This document shows, one piece after another, positions 36,722 through 46,999 of a stretch of DNA of 64,000 nucleotides; positions within the stretch are counted from its first letter, which is position 1, and each line of letters starts with the position of its first letter. The position numbers and the translations under genes were made by a program. The DNA lies in IMG/VR virus record IMGVR_UViG_3300037193_000639, positions 1-64,000 of that record, one strand, 5' to 3'. This DNA is from a virus. The notes beneath the pieces are model-generated. The model saw only the letters and a program-made list of their open reading frames with translations, did no database searches and was not told the DNA's origin.

Positions 36722-37128
36722 GCGATTTCTTAAGTACACTAGACATCAGGTACGTTGGAAAGAATGACGAAGAGAAGTGGGAACTGCTTCAACCTTTTGT
36801 GTACCAGTCTGATGTTGCTGGCATCACTATTACAGTCCCCGCAGGTTATATCACCGACCTTGCCAGTGTTCCTCGATTTCCTCTTGCATATTGGTTGACA
36901 GGAGGGAAAGCAAAGCTTGCATCTGTTCCTCATGACTTCCTTTGTGAAACCAAACTTGTAAGCCGAGAAATGGCTGATAAGGTGTTCCTAGAGGCTGCTG
37001 AATTGGCAGGAGTACCGGGATGGCGTAGGAGTGTGATGTGGACGGCTGTGAGGGCCTATGGAGCACTGTCCGGTAAGGATACTCCAGAACAAAAGCCCAT
37101 CAAACCTGAAGACTTTTACATCGGCTGA
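36718..37128 (+). CDS. DUF1353-family protein
   Basis: VPAGYITDLASVP, HDFL, ADKVF..A...GV...R..M..AVR..G. Confidence 0.8.
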   Translation: MSDFLSTLDIRYVGKNDEEKWELLQPFVYQSDVAGITITVPAGYITDLASVPRFPLAYWLTGGKAKLASVPHDFLCETKLVSREMADKVFLEAAELAGVPGWRRSVMWTAVRAYGALSGKDTPEQKPIKPEDFYIG

Positions 37129-37181
37129 TGGGCAGTAATTTTACAGAATAATTTCTAGCTCGTTATGACAGAGAGCTTTCT

Positions 37182-37216
37182 AGGGCGCTGCTTCGGAAGG
37201 GGCAGCGTCCTTTTTC
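37182..37216 (+). terminator. rho-independent terminator ending the virion arm
   Basis: AGGGCGCTGCTTC-GGAA-GGGGCAGCGTCCT followed by a T-run, at the convergence of the two arms. Confidence 0.85.
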
Positions 37217-37219
37217 GTT

Positions 37220-37516
37220 TTAGGCACCCACAATCTCATCAAACGCCCCAAACAGCTCTGCCATCTCTTGAGCTTCTTTAGTGGCTTCCTTATAGCTTGC
37301 CTTGAAGTATTTGGTAAGAATCTTCTTCAACACCTTTCCTTCAACCGTAGTGCTCTCCACGCCAGCTACAGCAGCTTCTACTTCATCTTTGAAGTCTTGC
37401 TTCGCAATTGTTTCATCGTCCAATGCTGCAAAAGCTCGCTTGCGATACTCCTTCAGCATGTCTGCGTCGATAGTGATGTTACCTTCTTTGGTTTGGATAG
37501 TGATTTTGTTGCTCAT
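37220..37516 (-). CDS. T4 DsbA/GapR-like dsDNA-binding protein
   Basis: VEGKVLKKILTKYFK...EAQEMAELF resembles the T4 DsbA C-terminal half as recalled. Confidence 0.45.
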   Translation of the reverse strand: MSNKITIQTKEGNITIDADMLKEYRKRAFAALDDETIAKQDFKDEVEAAVAGVESTTVEGKVLKKILTKYFKASYKEATKEAQEMAELFGAFDEIVGA

Positions 37517-37939
37517 TAAATTTCCTCTGGCTATTTAAATAGAATGTTGTATGTTGCTCGTGTAAGCAGTAATGCAAGAAACAGCATCAGTAGCACATTA
37601 CAAACAGTGATGGTGACTGCTGCAACAAGAATGCCAAGCGGCAGTCCAAGAGCAACGAACAGCATGCGTAGTAGAATGTCATATAATTTATTCATGGTTG
37701 AAAATGGAGGCTTGGTAGTGAATCAGAGTGAACTTTCTGCTCTAAGTAGTAATACAATTCATTGCCATCGACTTTGAACATATTGTCAATCTTATCCGAT
37801 GTTGCAGCCACTAGAGCATACAAATAGTTTGCTTCTTCTTGTGTCTCTACGGTAATTTTGAAAGGCTTGAAACCATGTTCTGCGTTTTCTTCAAATCTCA
37901 TATTGTCTCCTTTTGGCGGGAGAAATCCCGCCGTGTTGT

Positions 37940-39664
37940 TTACATGCAAGCAGTGCATTCACCTTTGGAAGCTGTCACTCCTGCCTTGCTGTAACAGTAA
38001 TACAAGCCAAGAATCAAGGGGTTCTTAAACGCTTCCGTGTGCACCTCGGCAATATACTCTTCGTCTTCTTCAGCACTAAAGAAAAGGTTTAAGCTTTGTC
38101 CTTGGCACAGATAACGTTGCCTTCCTGCGGCAAGTCGCAGGATAGCTTTCTGATCAATTTCAAAAGCGGTTTTAAATACCTTCTTTTCATCCTCAGTTAA
38201 CCAGCTAACATTTTGTACGCTACCTTGCGCATCAGTTAACTCCTGCATGTGCTTTTTATCATACACACCACGGTCTTTCATCAACTCAAGAAGAACTGGG
38301 TTTGCACGATCCACTTCTCCTGCTGGCGTTAACTGTGTGAACGTCATAGCAGGGTCAGGATTAATTCCTTCACTCACCCCCGCCATCAGCAAAGCGCTGC
38401 TCTTAGTCGGAGCAACAGCAGTCCTGTGAGTATTCCTTACACCAAAACCCTTGCACCACTCCGGTTCACCAAACTCCTTTGCAAGCCATTGAGAAGCTTC
38501 TAGCGTCTGGTCGTGTATGTGCTTAAACAGCTCATTGTTCCACATGTGAGCTTCGAAACTTTCAAAAGGAATTCTCTTCTTTTGTAAGTATGTATGGAAC
38601 CCACACACACCTAACCCAAGCGGTCTTCCAAGTTCAGTAAACTGTACAGCTTTCTCTAGTCCCGGAACACCTCCAGCATTCTTAATGAAGTCTTCAGCTA
38701 CGCAGTCCAAGAACACATGAGCTATGAATACCGCTTTCGTAGTCTTCCACTCATCCCATCTCGCAGCGTTCATGCTGGAGAGGACACAAGTGTATGTCAG
38801 ATTTTCGTTGCTGTGCAGATGAATTTCGTTGCACAATTGCGCCGCAATGATTTTCAACCCAAGTTTCTTATACATCTCAGGGGAACGCTCATTCACCTTG
38901 TCTTGGAAGAAGAAGTAACCCTTCCCTGTCTTCATTTTTACAACAAGAGCAGTCTGGAATCTGTTGTTAGCATCTTCGTCTCCGTTCTCAAGTCGCTTCA
39001 CGAAATCATCAGAAATGTTCCAACCAATATTCAAGCCATCTGGAGCTTCTTCTAAGTAGCTTGACACTTCATAGAAGTCTCCGTGCTCGATTGGAAGATA
39101 GCCAGCCCAAGCTCCACGCCTATTGCTGCCCTGAGCAACATACTGCATATCCTCCACAAAACCTTTAATAACTGGCAGCACACCTGTACTTACAACACCT
39201 TTGCTTGTAACACTCCCGCGAGGTTGGATGCCTCCAAGGTAGGATGCCGTCCCAAAGGCATTCTTAGTAAGTACAGCCACTTCGTGCTTTGCTTTGTAGA
39301 TGCCATCAATACTGTTCGGGACTACGTTGCCAGAGCATGACACACTGTATCCACGATTTGTCCCAGTATTGCCAATAACAGGTGTAGAGCCAGAAAGATT
39401 CCCAACCCACATCTGATCAAAGAAAGCATCTTTCCAAGTATACTCTGATCCAAACTCATTCTCCCACCAATCAGGGTAATACCCTTCCACGTATTGTGCG
39501 AGAGTGTTTGCAATTCGCTGGTACTGCTCTTTTGGTGTTGAGGCATCATACATATATTTGGCTTTGAACAGTTGCCATGCACCTGTACTCCACCAATCTT
39601 GCATCTCCTCTTTTGCTTGCAATTCTTTACGTTCTTTACTTAGCTTCTCGTACAAACTATCCAT
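37940..39664 (-). CDS. nrdA: class I ribonucleotide reductase alpha subunit
   Basis: SC, QGSNRRGA, QLCNEI, TCVL, APTKSS, QGQSLNLF, YY, C-terminal CTAC. Confidence 0.93.
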   Translation of the reverse strand: MDSLYEKLSKERKELQAKEEMQDWWSTGAWQLFKAKYMYDASTPKEQYQRIANTLAQYVEGYYPDWWENEFGSEYTWKDAFFDQMWVGNLSGSTPVIGNTGTNRGYSVSCSGNVVPNSIDGIYKAKHEVAVLTKNAFGTASYLGGIQPRGSVTSKGVVSTGVLPVIKGFVEDMQYVAQGSNRRGAWAGYLPIEHGDFYEVSSYLEEAPDGLNIGWNISDDFVKRLENGDEDANNRFQTALVVKMKTGKGYFFFQDKVNERSPEMYKKLGLKIIAAQLCNEIHLHSNENLTYTCVLSSMNAARWDEWKTTKAVFIAHVFLDCVAEDFIKNAGGVPGLEKAVQFTELGRPLGLGVCGFHTYLQKKRIPFESFEAHMWNNELFKHIHDQTLEASQWLAKEFGEPEWCKGFGVRNTHRTAVAPTKSSALLMAGVSEGINPDPAMTFTQLTPAGEVDRANPVLLELMKDRGVYDKKHMQELTDAQGSVQNVSWLTEDEKKVFKTAFEIDQKAILRLAAGRQRYLCQGQSLNLFFSAEEDEEYIAEVHTEAFKNPLILGLYYCYSKAGVTASKGECTACM

Positions 39665-40645
39665 TCAATCCTTTTTCCACACAAAACGGTTTTTAACCCA
39701 ATCTCTTTGATATTCTCGGCCTACACCTTGAAAGAAGTCGTTCATTTGGTAGTCATTGATGCCTTTATAGAACCAATCTGAAATGGGGTTGTACTCAACA
39801 ATGTAGTTTCGGTCTACACCCAGATAGTCCAAACACAGGTTAATACGGCTTTGCACAAAACGTTTTAGCTGCAAATCTGTGACGCCTTCGATTTTACCGT
39901 GCTCAAAAATCTTATCAATAATTTGACATTCATGCAGATAAATCTGATCAGCAGCTTCTTTTACAGCCTGTGAAAACTCTTTCAACTCTTGGTCGGTACG
40001 TTCTTGTTCTTTCAAGGCAACACGTACAATTCCGCTCCCTCCGATTGCATGAAGATTCTCGTCCCGTGCGCTCATGTTGATGCCACGATTGATGTTTTGA
40101 ACCTTGTTTTTCCCTTGACTTTGGAAATGCTTAAGGAATGCAAAAGCGCTGTACAATACAGCCCCCTCTACAATACTAAACACCGCAGTAGAAAGCTCAT
40201 CATCCTTACTTTCAATCACTTCTTCAATGAACTTCATTCGAGAAGACAGGGTAGGGTCATCTAGATATGACGTGTAAAACTCATAATTTGCCAGACCAAG
40301 CTCTTTATTAATTTCATTGTAAAAAGGTGCATGGCTATTTAGTTCAACATGTGCAAAAGCAGCAGACATCCGTTGGATACCCACATGTGGGTAGGCTTTG
40401 GCAATTCTACTCCCCCAATGTTCACTCCCGACAAACAGCTCGTACTTAGTGAACAGCTTCAACGTAGAGATTGTGCCGTGCTTCTCTGCCTCAGTCATAC
40501 CAACCAAAAGGTCTTGCTTATCTTTTGCTACATTAATTTCGTTCCAAGGCCAGAAGATTTTGATTTGGTCATCTGCAAGCTTTGAAAATTCAGGGTACAT
40601 GTCTACATACCCATCCTTCCATATCTTAATACTGGCTTCCTTCAT
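39665..40645 (-). CDS. nrdB: class I ribonucleotide reductase beta subunit
   Basis: FW, E..H..FY, EGA.LYS.F, RDE.LH, DFF...Y. Confidence 0.92.
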   Translation of the reverse strand: MKEASIKIWKDGYVDMYPEFSKLADDQIKIFWPWNEINVAKDKQDLLVGMTEAEKHGTISTLKLFTKYELFVGSEHWGSRIAKAYPHVGIQRMSAAFAHVELNSHAPFYNEINKELGLANYEFYTSYLDDPTLSSRMKFIEEVIESKDDELSTAVFSIVEGAVLYSAFAFLKHFQSQGKNKVQNINRGINMSARDENLHAIGGSGIVRVALKEQERTDQELKEFSQAVKEAADQIYLHECQIIDKIFEHGKIEGVTDLQLKRFVQSRINLCLDYLGVDRNYIVEYNPISDWFYKGINDYQMNDFFQGVGREYQRDWVKNRFVWKKD

Positions 40646-40679
40646 TAAACCCTTTCTTGTAATTATAGCCTACCAATTC

Positions 40680-41165
40680 TCAAGAATGAGAATTGCCATT
40701 ACCACGAATCATATCATGCACTGCCTGCAACTGCATAATCTGCTGCACAGTCCATTCATAATCTTCTTCAACAGGTTCTTCGTTATTTTCGTCCTCTACA
40801 ACACCCTCAGCCTCCAGCAAGGCTTTGTAGTTGATTGTATTGCCCATCATGCTTGCAAGCTCTCTTGTGAGAGATGGATCTGTGTATGCTGCTGCACACA
40901 TTCGATCAGTAATGTCTGACACGCAGGAGTTAAGGAGCTTCCTGCTTGTACATACGCTGCCGATAGCCTGAAACCCAATTGCAACCTTACCTTGCATGTC
41001 CCTATGTTTTGATGGGACATACTCGATTTCTTTAGCAGGGTCAAATCCGCATTGCCACAACACTTCATGCATCAGTGCGTCATTTTCGGGAAACAGCATC
41101 TCCACTTCATTCAGATGTTTTAGCTCATCCGCAAGCTTTAGATCACGGAAGGAGATAACCTTCAT
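40680..41165 (-). CDS. hypothetical protein
   Basis: GGAGG SD; operon context. Confidence 0.6.
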   Translation of the reverse strand: MKVISFRDLKLADELKHLNEVEMLFPENDALMHEVLWQCGFDPAKEIEYVPSKHRDMQGKVAIGFQAIGSVCTSRKLLNSCVSDITDRMCAAAYTDPSLTRELASMMGNTINYKALLEAEGVVEDENNEEPVEEDYEWTVQQIMQLQAVHDMIRGNGNSHS

Positions 41166-41467
41166 TCGAAGCCTCCTTTGGCTTTCTTGTTTAATTGATT
41201 CACCACTTCCTTCATCTCCTCCAACCGCACCTCATAGCACACTGGATTACTGCAAATAGGGAAGGATGTCTTATACCGAGTTGCAGGTTCTCCGCATACA
41301 AGGCACTGGTCCTCTTCATTTTCTTCAATCATTTGTAGATTTGCTTCAGTAATGCTTTTAACAATTGCCAACATGTCTTCCTCAGAAGTTGCTATATATC
41401 GGACAGACTTCCCTTTGACAGTGCCTGATACGATATAGCCGTTCAATACTTTCTCTATGTTTATCAA
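41162..41467 (-). CDS. hypothetical protein with CxxC...CxxxxC
   Basis: IEKVLNGYIV; CLVC, CSNPVC. Confidence 0.55.
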   Translation of the reverse strand: MINIEKVLNGYIVSGTVKGKSVRYIATSEEDMLAIVKSITEANLQMIEENEEDQCLVCGEPATRYKTSFPICSNPVCYEVRLEEMKEVVNQLNKKAKGGFE

Positions 41468-41476
41468 TTTGTCTCC

Positions 41477-41767
41477 TTACACAATCTGTGGCAGCACCAT
41501 ACCTTGTCGCTCCAACCATTCCAACATCTCTGGGATTTCCTTGTACTCATATGCATGATTGTAGTCATACTCTTCGTCACCAATCTTGAATCCGTCCATA
41601 TCAAAGATTGCACAAATGGTGTGTTTTCCATCTTTCTCTGACAAGTCAATGATGGTTGCGAACTGACGGGTTTTGATAAATACTACAGCTCCACGCTGTC
41701 CATCAGTCAGGAGGACAAGACTGATTGGGAGGGTTTCTCCGATAGCTGTTTGAAGTTGGTATGGCAT
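41477..41767 (-). CDS. hypothetical protein
   Basis: Operon packing. Confidence 0.5.
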   Translation of the reverse strand: MPYQLQTAIGETLPISLVLLTDGQRGAVVFIKTRQFATIIDLSEKDGKHTICAIFDMDGFKIGDEEYDYNHAYEYKEIPEMLEWLERQGMVLPQIV

Positions 41768-41769
41768 AA

Positions 41770-42351
41770 TTAATTCGCTCTTTCTGAACCGTGTAGTTCT
41801 GTATAGCCAGCACCTTGGCTGTTTAACTTCTTAATCATGAGTTCTCTAAACTCTATAGCAAGATATTTAGCTTTTTCTTCCCCGTACTTTAAAACGGAGA
41901 ATTGCTTTATACCATTTTCATCACTGTTTAGAGGACTCCACCTTACTACCCAATAAGCGTAAACCCTGCCACATGATTCTTTTTCAGCTCTAAATACTCC
42001 GACCACCCCTGAACTGTTTCTTTTGGATTTCTTCATATTTCTGCGGTTAATTTCTTTAGAAACACACCGGAGGTTTTGTATCTTATTGTCTTTCGTGTTT
42101 TGATTAATGTGGTCGATTACCATTCCATCCGGTATTGGGCCGTTATGTATTTCCCAGATGATCCTGTGACATCTGTACCGAACTTTACAGACATCTACTA
42201 GGAAGTAATTCAACGTACTATTAAATCTTCCAGCAACATCCCCTTTACAGATAACTTTTACATTTCTGTAACAGCCATTAAATCTATCTGTATTCCATCT
42301 AAGGCACGATGGTGAAGTCTCGTCGTAATAAAACAAACTGCTCCATTCCAC
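41770..42351 (-). CDS. HNH homing endonuclease
   Basis: YDETSPSCLRW, HRIIW, IDHIN....DN.I.NLR, NSSGVVGV. Confidence 0.88.
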   Translation of the reverse strand: MEWSSLFYYDETSPSCLRWNTDRFNGCYRNVKVICKGDVAGRFNSTLNYFLVDVCKVRYRCHRIIWEIHNGPIPDGMVIDHINQNTKDNKIQNLRCVSKEINRRNMKKSKRNSSGVVGVFRAEKESCGRVYAYWVVRWSPLNSDENGIKQFSVLKYGEEKAKYLAIEFRELMIKKLNSQGAGYTELHGSERAN

Positions 42352-42525
42352 ACCTAATTCACCTCATGCAAGAGTTGGACGAAGTATTCTGCAGACACTC
42401 GGGCAGCTTCTTCATCGTATGCAGCGTCCGGCCTGAACTCTTCAGGCGTTTCCAAATAGCGTCGATTCCATTCTGCGAAAACTTTCTGAATCTGCTCTTT
42501 GGTTGTGATGATCGTATTATTCATA

Positions 42526-43575
42526 CTATTTCCCTGTATTAGTCAAAAGGTTCTCCCGCCTCACTTCAGCCTTCCTTGTTCGATTCGTTTTACCACAGTC
42601 ATTGCAAACAAGTACATTGTACTCAGACACGGTTGTAAAGTATGACTTATCAGAGGGAGTTAGATTATCACTCCCACAGCAAACACAACGCGCCTTGTCA
42701 TCCGGTTGGTGCAGTGCTACGTTAGGGTGTGTTTTGCTCCATGCGCGAAGACGAAGGTAAAGCTGCTCAAGAATGATAACGTCTTGGATGTTGTAGTCAA
42801 GCATTTCTTCAAAAGCTTTGTCGTCCATTCCCATGCAACGAATCCATAAATCGAATCCGCTGTGTTGCTTCTTCCGTTCAAGTCCAAGGTAAGCTGCAAT
42901 ACTGTCAAGACTGTTGCTAGGAAACCTGAACTCAGCTTTTGCAATCCGTAAAGTATCGACAATCTTGGACGGCAAGAGCGGATCAAGCCCAAGAGCAAGC
43001 ATTCGTGTTTTAATCAACGGAATATCGAACTTATGAGCATTATGCGCCACGATAAGATCTGCACGGTTCATAAGCTCTGCAAGCTCGATTACAAGCTGAT
43101 CATCATTCTCCTTCTCAAGAATCCGATTGGAGATGATTGTAGGCTCCCCTAGCCACTTTGCAGAGTAGGTCAGAAGATAGCCTTCCTTCACTACTTGGTT
43201 CTGCGATACATTCTGATCAAAACGCCCCCACACATAGGCAGTTGTGGGAGCTGTCTCAACGTCAAGCAAAAGAATCTTGATATTCTTTGGAATCGAATAT
43301 TCTGTTGGTTCAACTCCCTGATTAAGTGTTTTGTAATATTTGCGAAGACAATCACTTACAGTGCTGCGGGGTACTCCTATAGTTTTCGCAATCCCTCTCC
43401 AACTCATTACTCTACTGTTAGCTAGACGGATTGCATCTAGCCTCCAGTCATAGTTGTTATTATTCTCCAACAATGTTCTCCTATACTTTCTCAGCCTCAA
43501 CCTGCAGCTTGGCGTACTCGTCTTGCAAGGCTTTGATTTGATCACCCACAGCTTCCAACTGCTTTTGCATCTCAC
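42526..43575 (-). CDS. DnaQ/RNase H-like exonuclease with N-terminal HTH (true start probably ~43470)
   Basis: LDVET, AHN..KFD, DTL, YNIQDV; C-terminal Zn ribbon. Confidence 0.8.
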   Translation of the reverse strand: MRCKSSWKLWVIKSKPCKTSTPSCRLRLRKYRRTLLENNNNYDWRLDAIRLANSRVMSWRGIAKTIGVPRSTVSDCLRKYYKTLNQGVEPTEYSIPKNIKILLLDVETAPTTAYVWGRFDQNVSQNQVVKEGYLLTYSAKWLGEPTIISNRILEKENDDQLVIELAELMNRADLIVAHNAHKFDIPLIKTRMLALGLDPLLPSKIVDTLRIAKAEFRFPSNSLDSIAAYLGLERKKQHSGFDLWIRCMGMDDKAFEEMLDYNIQDVIILEQLYLRLRAWSKTHPNVALHQPDDKARCVCCGSDNLTPSDKSYFTTVSEYNVLVCNDCGKTNRTRKAEVRRENLLTNTGK

Positions 43576-44266
43576 TCTTTTGTATTTGCTTTGCTGGTTC
43601 TACGTAGCGCCAGATAAGTTTGCCTTTGCTGTTCGGGTCCATCAGACTTTGATTTAGTTCAGGAGCTTCGTAGACTTCCTTGATGCTATATTTGTCTCGA
43701 TTATTAAAGTAAAGTTGCAACCAACAACCAGCACGTACACCGATAAAATCTCCGATAGCCGTCTCGCTCAAGTATTTATTTGAGGCAGGTGCAACAATGT
43801 AGGTGCATCCACTCTCTGTAGCCACCCTCATAAACGGCTTGAGCATGTCTTTCGTGAAATGAAACGGCTTTCCTTCTGCATCTACGCCATTTGCTTCGTA
43901 AGGCACCATGCCGTACCATCTCCAAATGTCCAAGTATTCTGCTTCATAGCTGTACACTTGACCTTTATACTCTGTATCATATAGGCCAGTTGCTTTATTG
44001 AATACAAATTCGTAATCAATCCCACCTGTGGTGGACTTCATCGTAAAACGTTCTGGGTATTCTCGCACTGTCAGATCCTCCTTGATTTTAAAAATACTAC
44101 TGGAAAGCCATTCCTGTACTACTGACTTTCTATATGGGGGATGTTTTACCCCAACAGATACGCCCTTGGTTACAACACATGAATACATTCCATCTGCCTG
44201 TATCTCCATTAGCCACTCGTTCTTAGTTGCCTCACAGAGCATAATAAACTTGTCAGGAATACTCAT
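43481..44266 (-). CDS. hypothetical protein
   Basis: 261-aa ORF in the operon. Confidence 0.6.
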   Translation of the reverse strand: MSIPDKFIMLCEATKNEWLMEIQADGMYSCVVTKGVSVGVKHPPYRKSVVQEWLSSSIFKIKEDLTVREYPERFTMKSTTGGIDYEFVFNKATGLYDTEYKGQVYSYEAEYLDIWRWYGMVPYEANGVDAEGKPFHFTKDMLKPFMRVATESGCTYIVAPASNKYLSETAIGDFIGVRAGCWLQLYFNNRDKYSIKEVYEAPELNQSLMDPNSKGKLIWRYVEPAKQIQKSEMQKQLEAVGDQIKALQDEYAKLQVEAEKV

Positions 44267-44527
44267 TAAATTTTCTCCAATGCGCTAAGAGGGTATGCAT
44301 ACCATGTGATAGGTGAGTGCTCGGGTTCTGCAAAATGTACGCCTTGTTCATCAATATCATCTATTTCGAATACCAGCCCTACGGCTCTGTCCATTTCACT
44401 GGGCCAAGAGTTATGCCATATAGTACCTTCCCCCATCCCATTGGGAGCCTCATCTTCTTCAATTCGTACTACACGAACTTTGTCACCGGGGCGGAAGAGT
44501 GTTCCGTAGTAGTTCCATACGTTACCA

Positions 44528-45094
44528 TCATTTTGCATTAGAGGAGTCCTTTCTGATAATTTCTTCAACTGCTGCTCTGCGTTTATTAGCATTCGTCAGC
44601 GTAGAAACATTGTAGTCATTTTCCTCACAGTAAGCAAGGATTTCCTGCTTAGGTTTTTTCATTAGTTCGATCACCCTTTTCTGAATCAAAGCCTCCTCGA
44701 AAGAGATTCCCTTACGTTCTGCAAGGGACTTGCACTTATGACACGGTTTACAGGCCAATACCCAGTTATCATTACAGTCAAGAAGCTTATACATAAACTC
44801 CGAAGCTGTCTCCCAAGAGTTGCACTGTCCGGCCATATCTACGTGGTCAACTTCTAGTTTACTTGCAGGGAACATCTCAGAGCAGTAGTGACACTGTCCA
44901 AGCTTCTTTGCACGTCCTGTATAGCCCTTTGGAGGCTCTACAAGCTGTTTTTTCTTCCACTCAATTTTTGGTGGATAAAAGTTCCATATCTTCCTTATAG
45001 CACCTCGTAGGTACGTGAAAAAGGCTGTTTTGTTCTTCCAGATGGTTGGGTAGAGTTCCCAAGGCGTTTTCAATTCTTTCTTTTGCAATTTCAA
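44528..45094 (-). CDS. HNH-fold endonuclease (conserved phage type)
   Basis: CHYC, EVDH, CKPCH; YLRGAIR..W. Confidence 0.75.
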   Translation of the reverse strand: MKLQKKELKTPWELYPTIWKNKTAFFTYLRGAIRKIWNFYPPKIEWKKKQLVEPPKGYTGRAKKLGQCHYCSEMFPASKLEVDHVDMAGQCNSWETASEFMYKLLDCNDNWVLACKPCHKCKSLAERKGISFEEALIQKRVIELMKKPKQEILAYCEENDYNVSTLTNANKRRAAVEEIIRKDSSNAK

Positions 45095-45926
45095 AATACT
45101 TTTTGTCTTTCTCTATTCCGATAAAGTTTCTCCCCTTGTTAATACAAGCTACTCCTGTAGTTCCACTACCCATGAATGGGTCAAGCACAGTTTGTCCGTC
45201 TAGGGTAAAGCATCTAACTAATGTTTCCATCAACATCAAAGGTTTTTGTGTGTCATGTACCTTCTCTTCCCTAAGTCTTCCACTAACACTCACAATGTTT
45301 GATTTAATAACTTGTGAATCAAACAAGCCAACACCGTCTGCCAAAAATGCATCAGTAATTGTTGTACCAACTTTATAAGGTTTGAAACACCACACTATTG
45401 GCTCAAATTGCGGCGCAAACGAGCCAAGCCTAAGTGACGAAGAAACCGATTCAAGATTCCTCTTCTCTAGTACCTTATTGACACTTTGAGCACGAAACGG
45501 GGCATGTTGTTTATCCCAAGCAACTGTGTCTTTGTACACAAGACCTGCATTTTCAGCAGCAATCGTGAATCTGTGTTGCATTTGCCGACCTGTTAGACAA
45601 ACAATACTTCCTGCTGGTTTTAAAACTCTAAGGCCCTCTGCCAACCATTTTTCACAGAAGTCTTGAAACTGCTTAGGGCGTTGTCTATCTGCTTCACTCC
45701 AACCGTTTTTCGGCTTACCCCTTGTCTTGAAAAGGGATGATTTTTGTTGTGCTGGGGAACTCCCTAGTAGAGCTTTATTGGAGTTGTTGTGGATAACATC
45801 CCATTCAGCAAAATCAATACCGTAGGGTATATCGCTTATGATGCAATGAACGGAATTGTCAGGAAGATCCTTCATTCTGTCTATACAATCACCTTGCATC
45901 AAGTGACTTGAGTTGAAAAGTTTCAA
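44961..45926 (-). CDS. beta-class amino-DNA methyltransferase, M.HindIII-like
   Basis: ISDIPYGID, WD..H.N.N.AL.G.S.AQ, LFK.RGKP.NGWSEADR, QKP, DPFMGSGTT. Confidence 0.85.
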   Translation of the reverse strand: MKLFNSSHLMQGDCIDRMKDLPDNSVHCIISDIPYGIDFAEWDVIHNNSNKALLGSSPAQQKSSLFKTRGKPKNGWSEADRQRPKQFQDFCEKWLAEGLRVLKPAGSIVCLTGRQMQHRFTIAAENAGLVYKDTVAWDKQHAPFRAQSVNKVLEKRNLESVSSSLRLGSFAPQFEPIVWCFKPYKVGTTITDAFLADGVGLFDSQVIKSNIVSVSGRLREEKVHDTQKPLMLMETLVRCFTLDGQTVLDPFMGSGTTGVACINKGRNFIGIEKDKKYFEIAKERIENALGTLPNHLEEQNSLFHVPTRCYKEDMELLSTKN

Positions 45927-46996
45927 TACTCCACTCCCAACTTATCCAACACATATCTCACATCCGTCAACTTTTCATCCTGTGTACGCATCATCTTAGC
46001 AAGATTGAAATTCTCATTAAGCACATACAGCCAATCAATTTCGATTTCGAAGTCTTTGTGATTCGGCAGTAGAATACCTTTTTTAAAGTCTTCATAACCT
46101 CTCCAACCGATTATTTTCTTCTTGGAGGGGTAGAGTGTCTTATACCCTTTTACAAGGGCTTCAAACGCCTCCTTGTCGTTCTGGCAGTCCTTTAAGAGAT
46201 TGTAAGACTTCTTCTCACCCCATTTCATGTCCGTAGCAGAGTTTGCAGCGTAGTTGTCTGAATCGTCAGAACTAAGGACTTGATGATAGAGCCACACCCT
46301 TCCACGACCTTTTACTTCACCCTTCTCGTTCTCTTTCAGCCAGCCAAACCCATCATAAGTACAGATCGGTGCACAAGTGTTGGTGTTGAAGATGTGTCCT
46401 GCACATTGATAATAATCTTTGTCTACTACGGCGAGAACTAGCTTATCTTTATCGGACTTGGTTTTAGACCACCTTTTATACGCAGTATGGCTGTCAATAG
46501 AGACTTGGTCATCAGCTTCGATGCCTTCTACGACTTCACATGCATGGTGTTTCACAAGGTACTCTTTTAACTCTTCCAAATGAATTGGACGCATCATGCC
46601 AACCCGATTACCTTTATAGCGTAGGATTGTTGAAACATCCTCACGGAAGACTTTCCCTTTACCGCTGTAGCCATAATACGTAGACACACCCACTGCCTCA
46701 CATGTTGACTTAATCATTGTCTTAACAATCTGCAGGCAATTTTCTAATGGCTCAGGTGTTTGAATGTCGGTGATGTCAAACTCTTCAGGAAGTCTTGGTG
46801 TTTCTCGATCCTTGTTATACTCGGCAAGCCATCCAGCTTTCTTGGTCTTCCAGTGGCCCCAGAACTGGGTTCGTGTGTCAAACTCGTACTCATCCCCTGA
46901 TTCTCGGTGTACTACTTTAATTGTTCGTTTCTCTCCTACACTTCCTGCTGCATACAAAATTGGATCATAATCGAATAATAGAGTTGTCAATCTCAC
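45923..46996 (-). CDS. 5'-3' exonuclease (T7 gp6-like)
   Basis: YKGNR, EADD, DKD, D.SDNY. Confidence 0.85.
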   Translation of the reverse strand: MRLTTLLFDYDPILYAAGSVGEKRTIKVVHRESGDEYEFDTRTQFWGHWKTKKAGWLAEYNKDRETPRLPEEFDITDIQTPEPLENCLQIVKTMIKSTCEAVGVSTYYGYSGKGKVFREDVSTILRYKGNRVGMMRPIHLEELKEYLVKHHACEVVEGIEADDQVSIDSHTAYKRWSKTKSDKDKLVLAVVDKDYYQCAGHIFNTNTCAPICTYDGFGWLKENEKGEVKGRGRVWLYHQVLSSDDSDNYAANSATDMKWGEKKSYNLLKDCQNDKEAFEALVKGYKTLYPSKKKIIGWRGYEDFKKGILLPNHKDFEIEIDWLYVLNENFNLAKMMRTQDEKLTDVRYVLDKLGVEY

Positions 46997-46999
46997 TCC

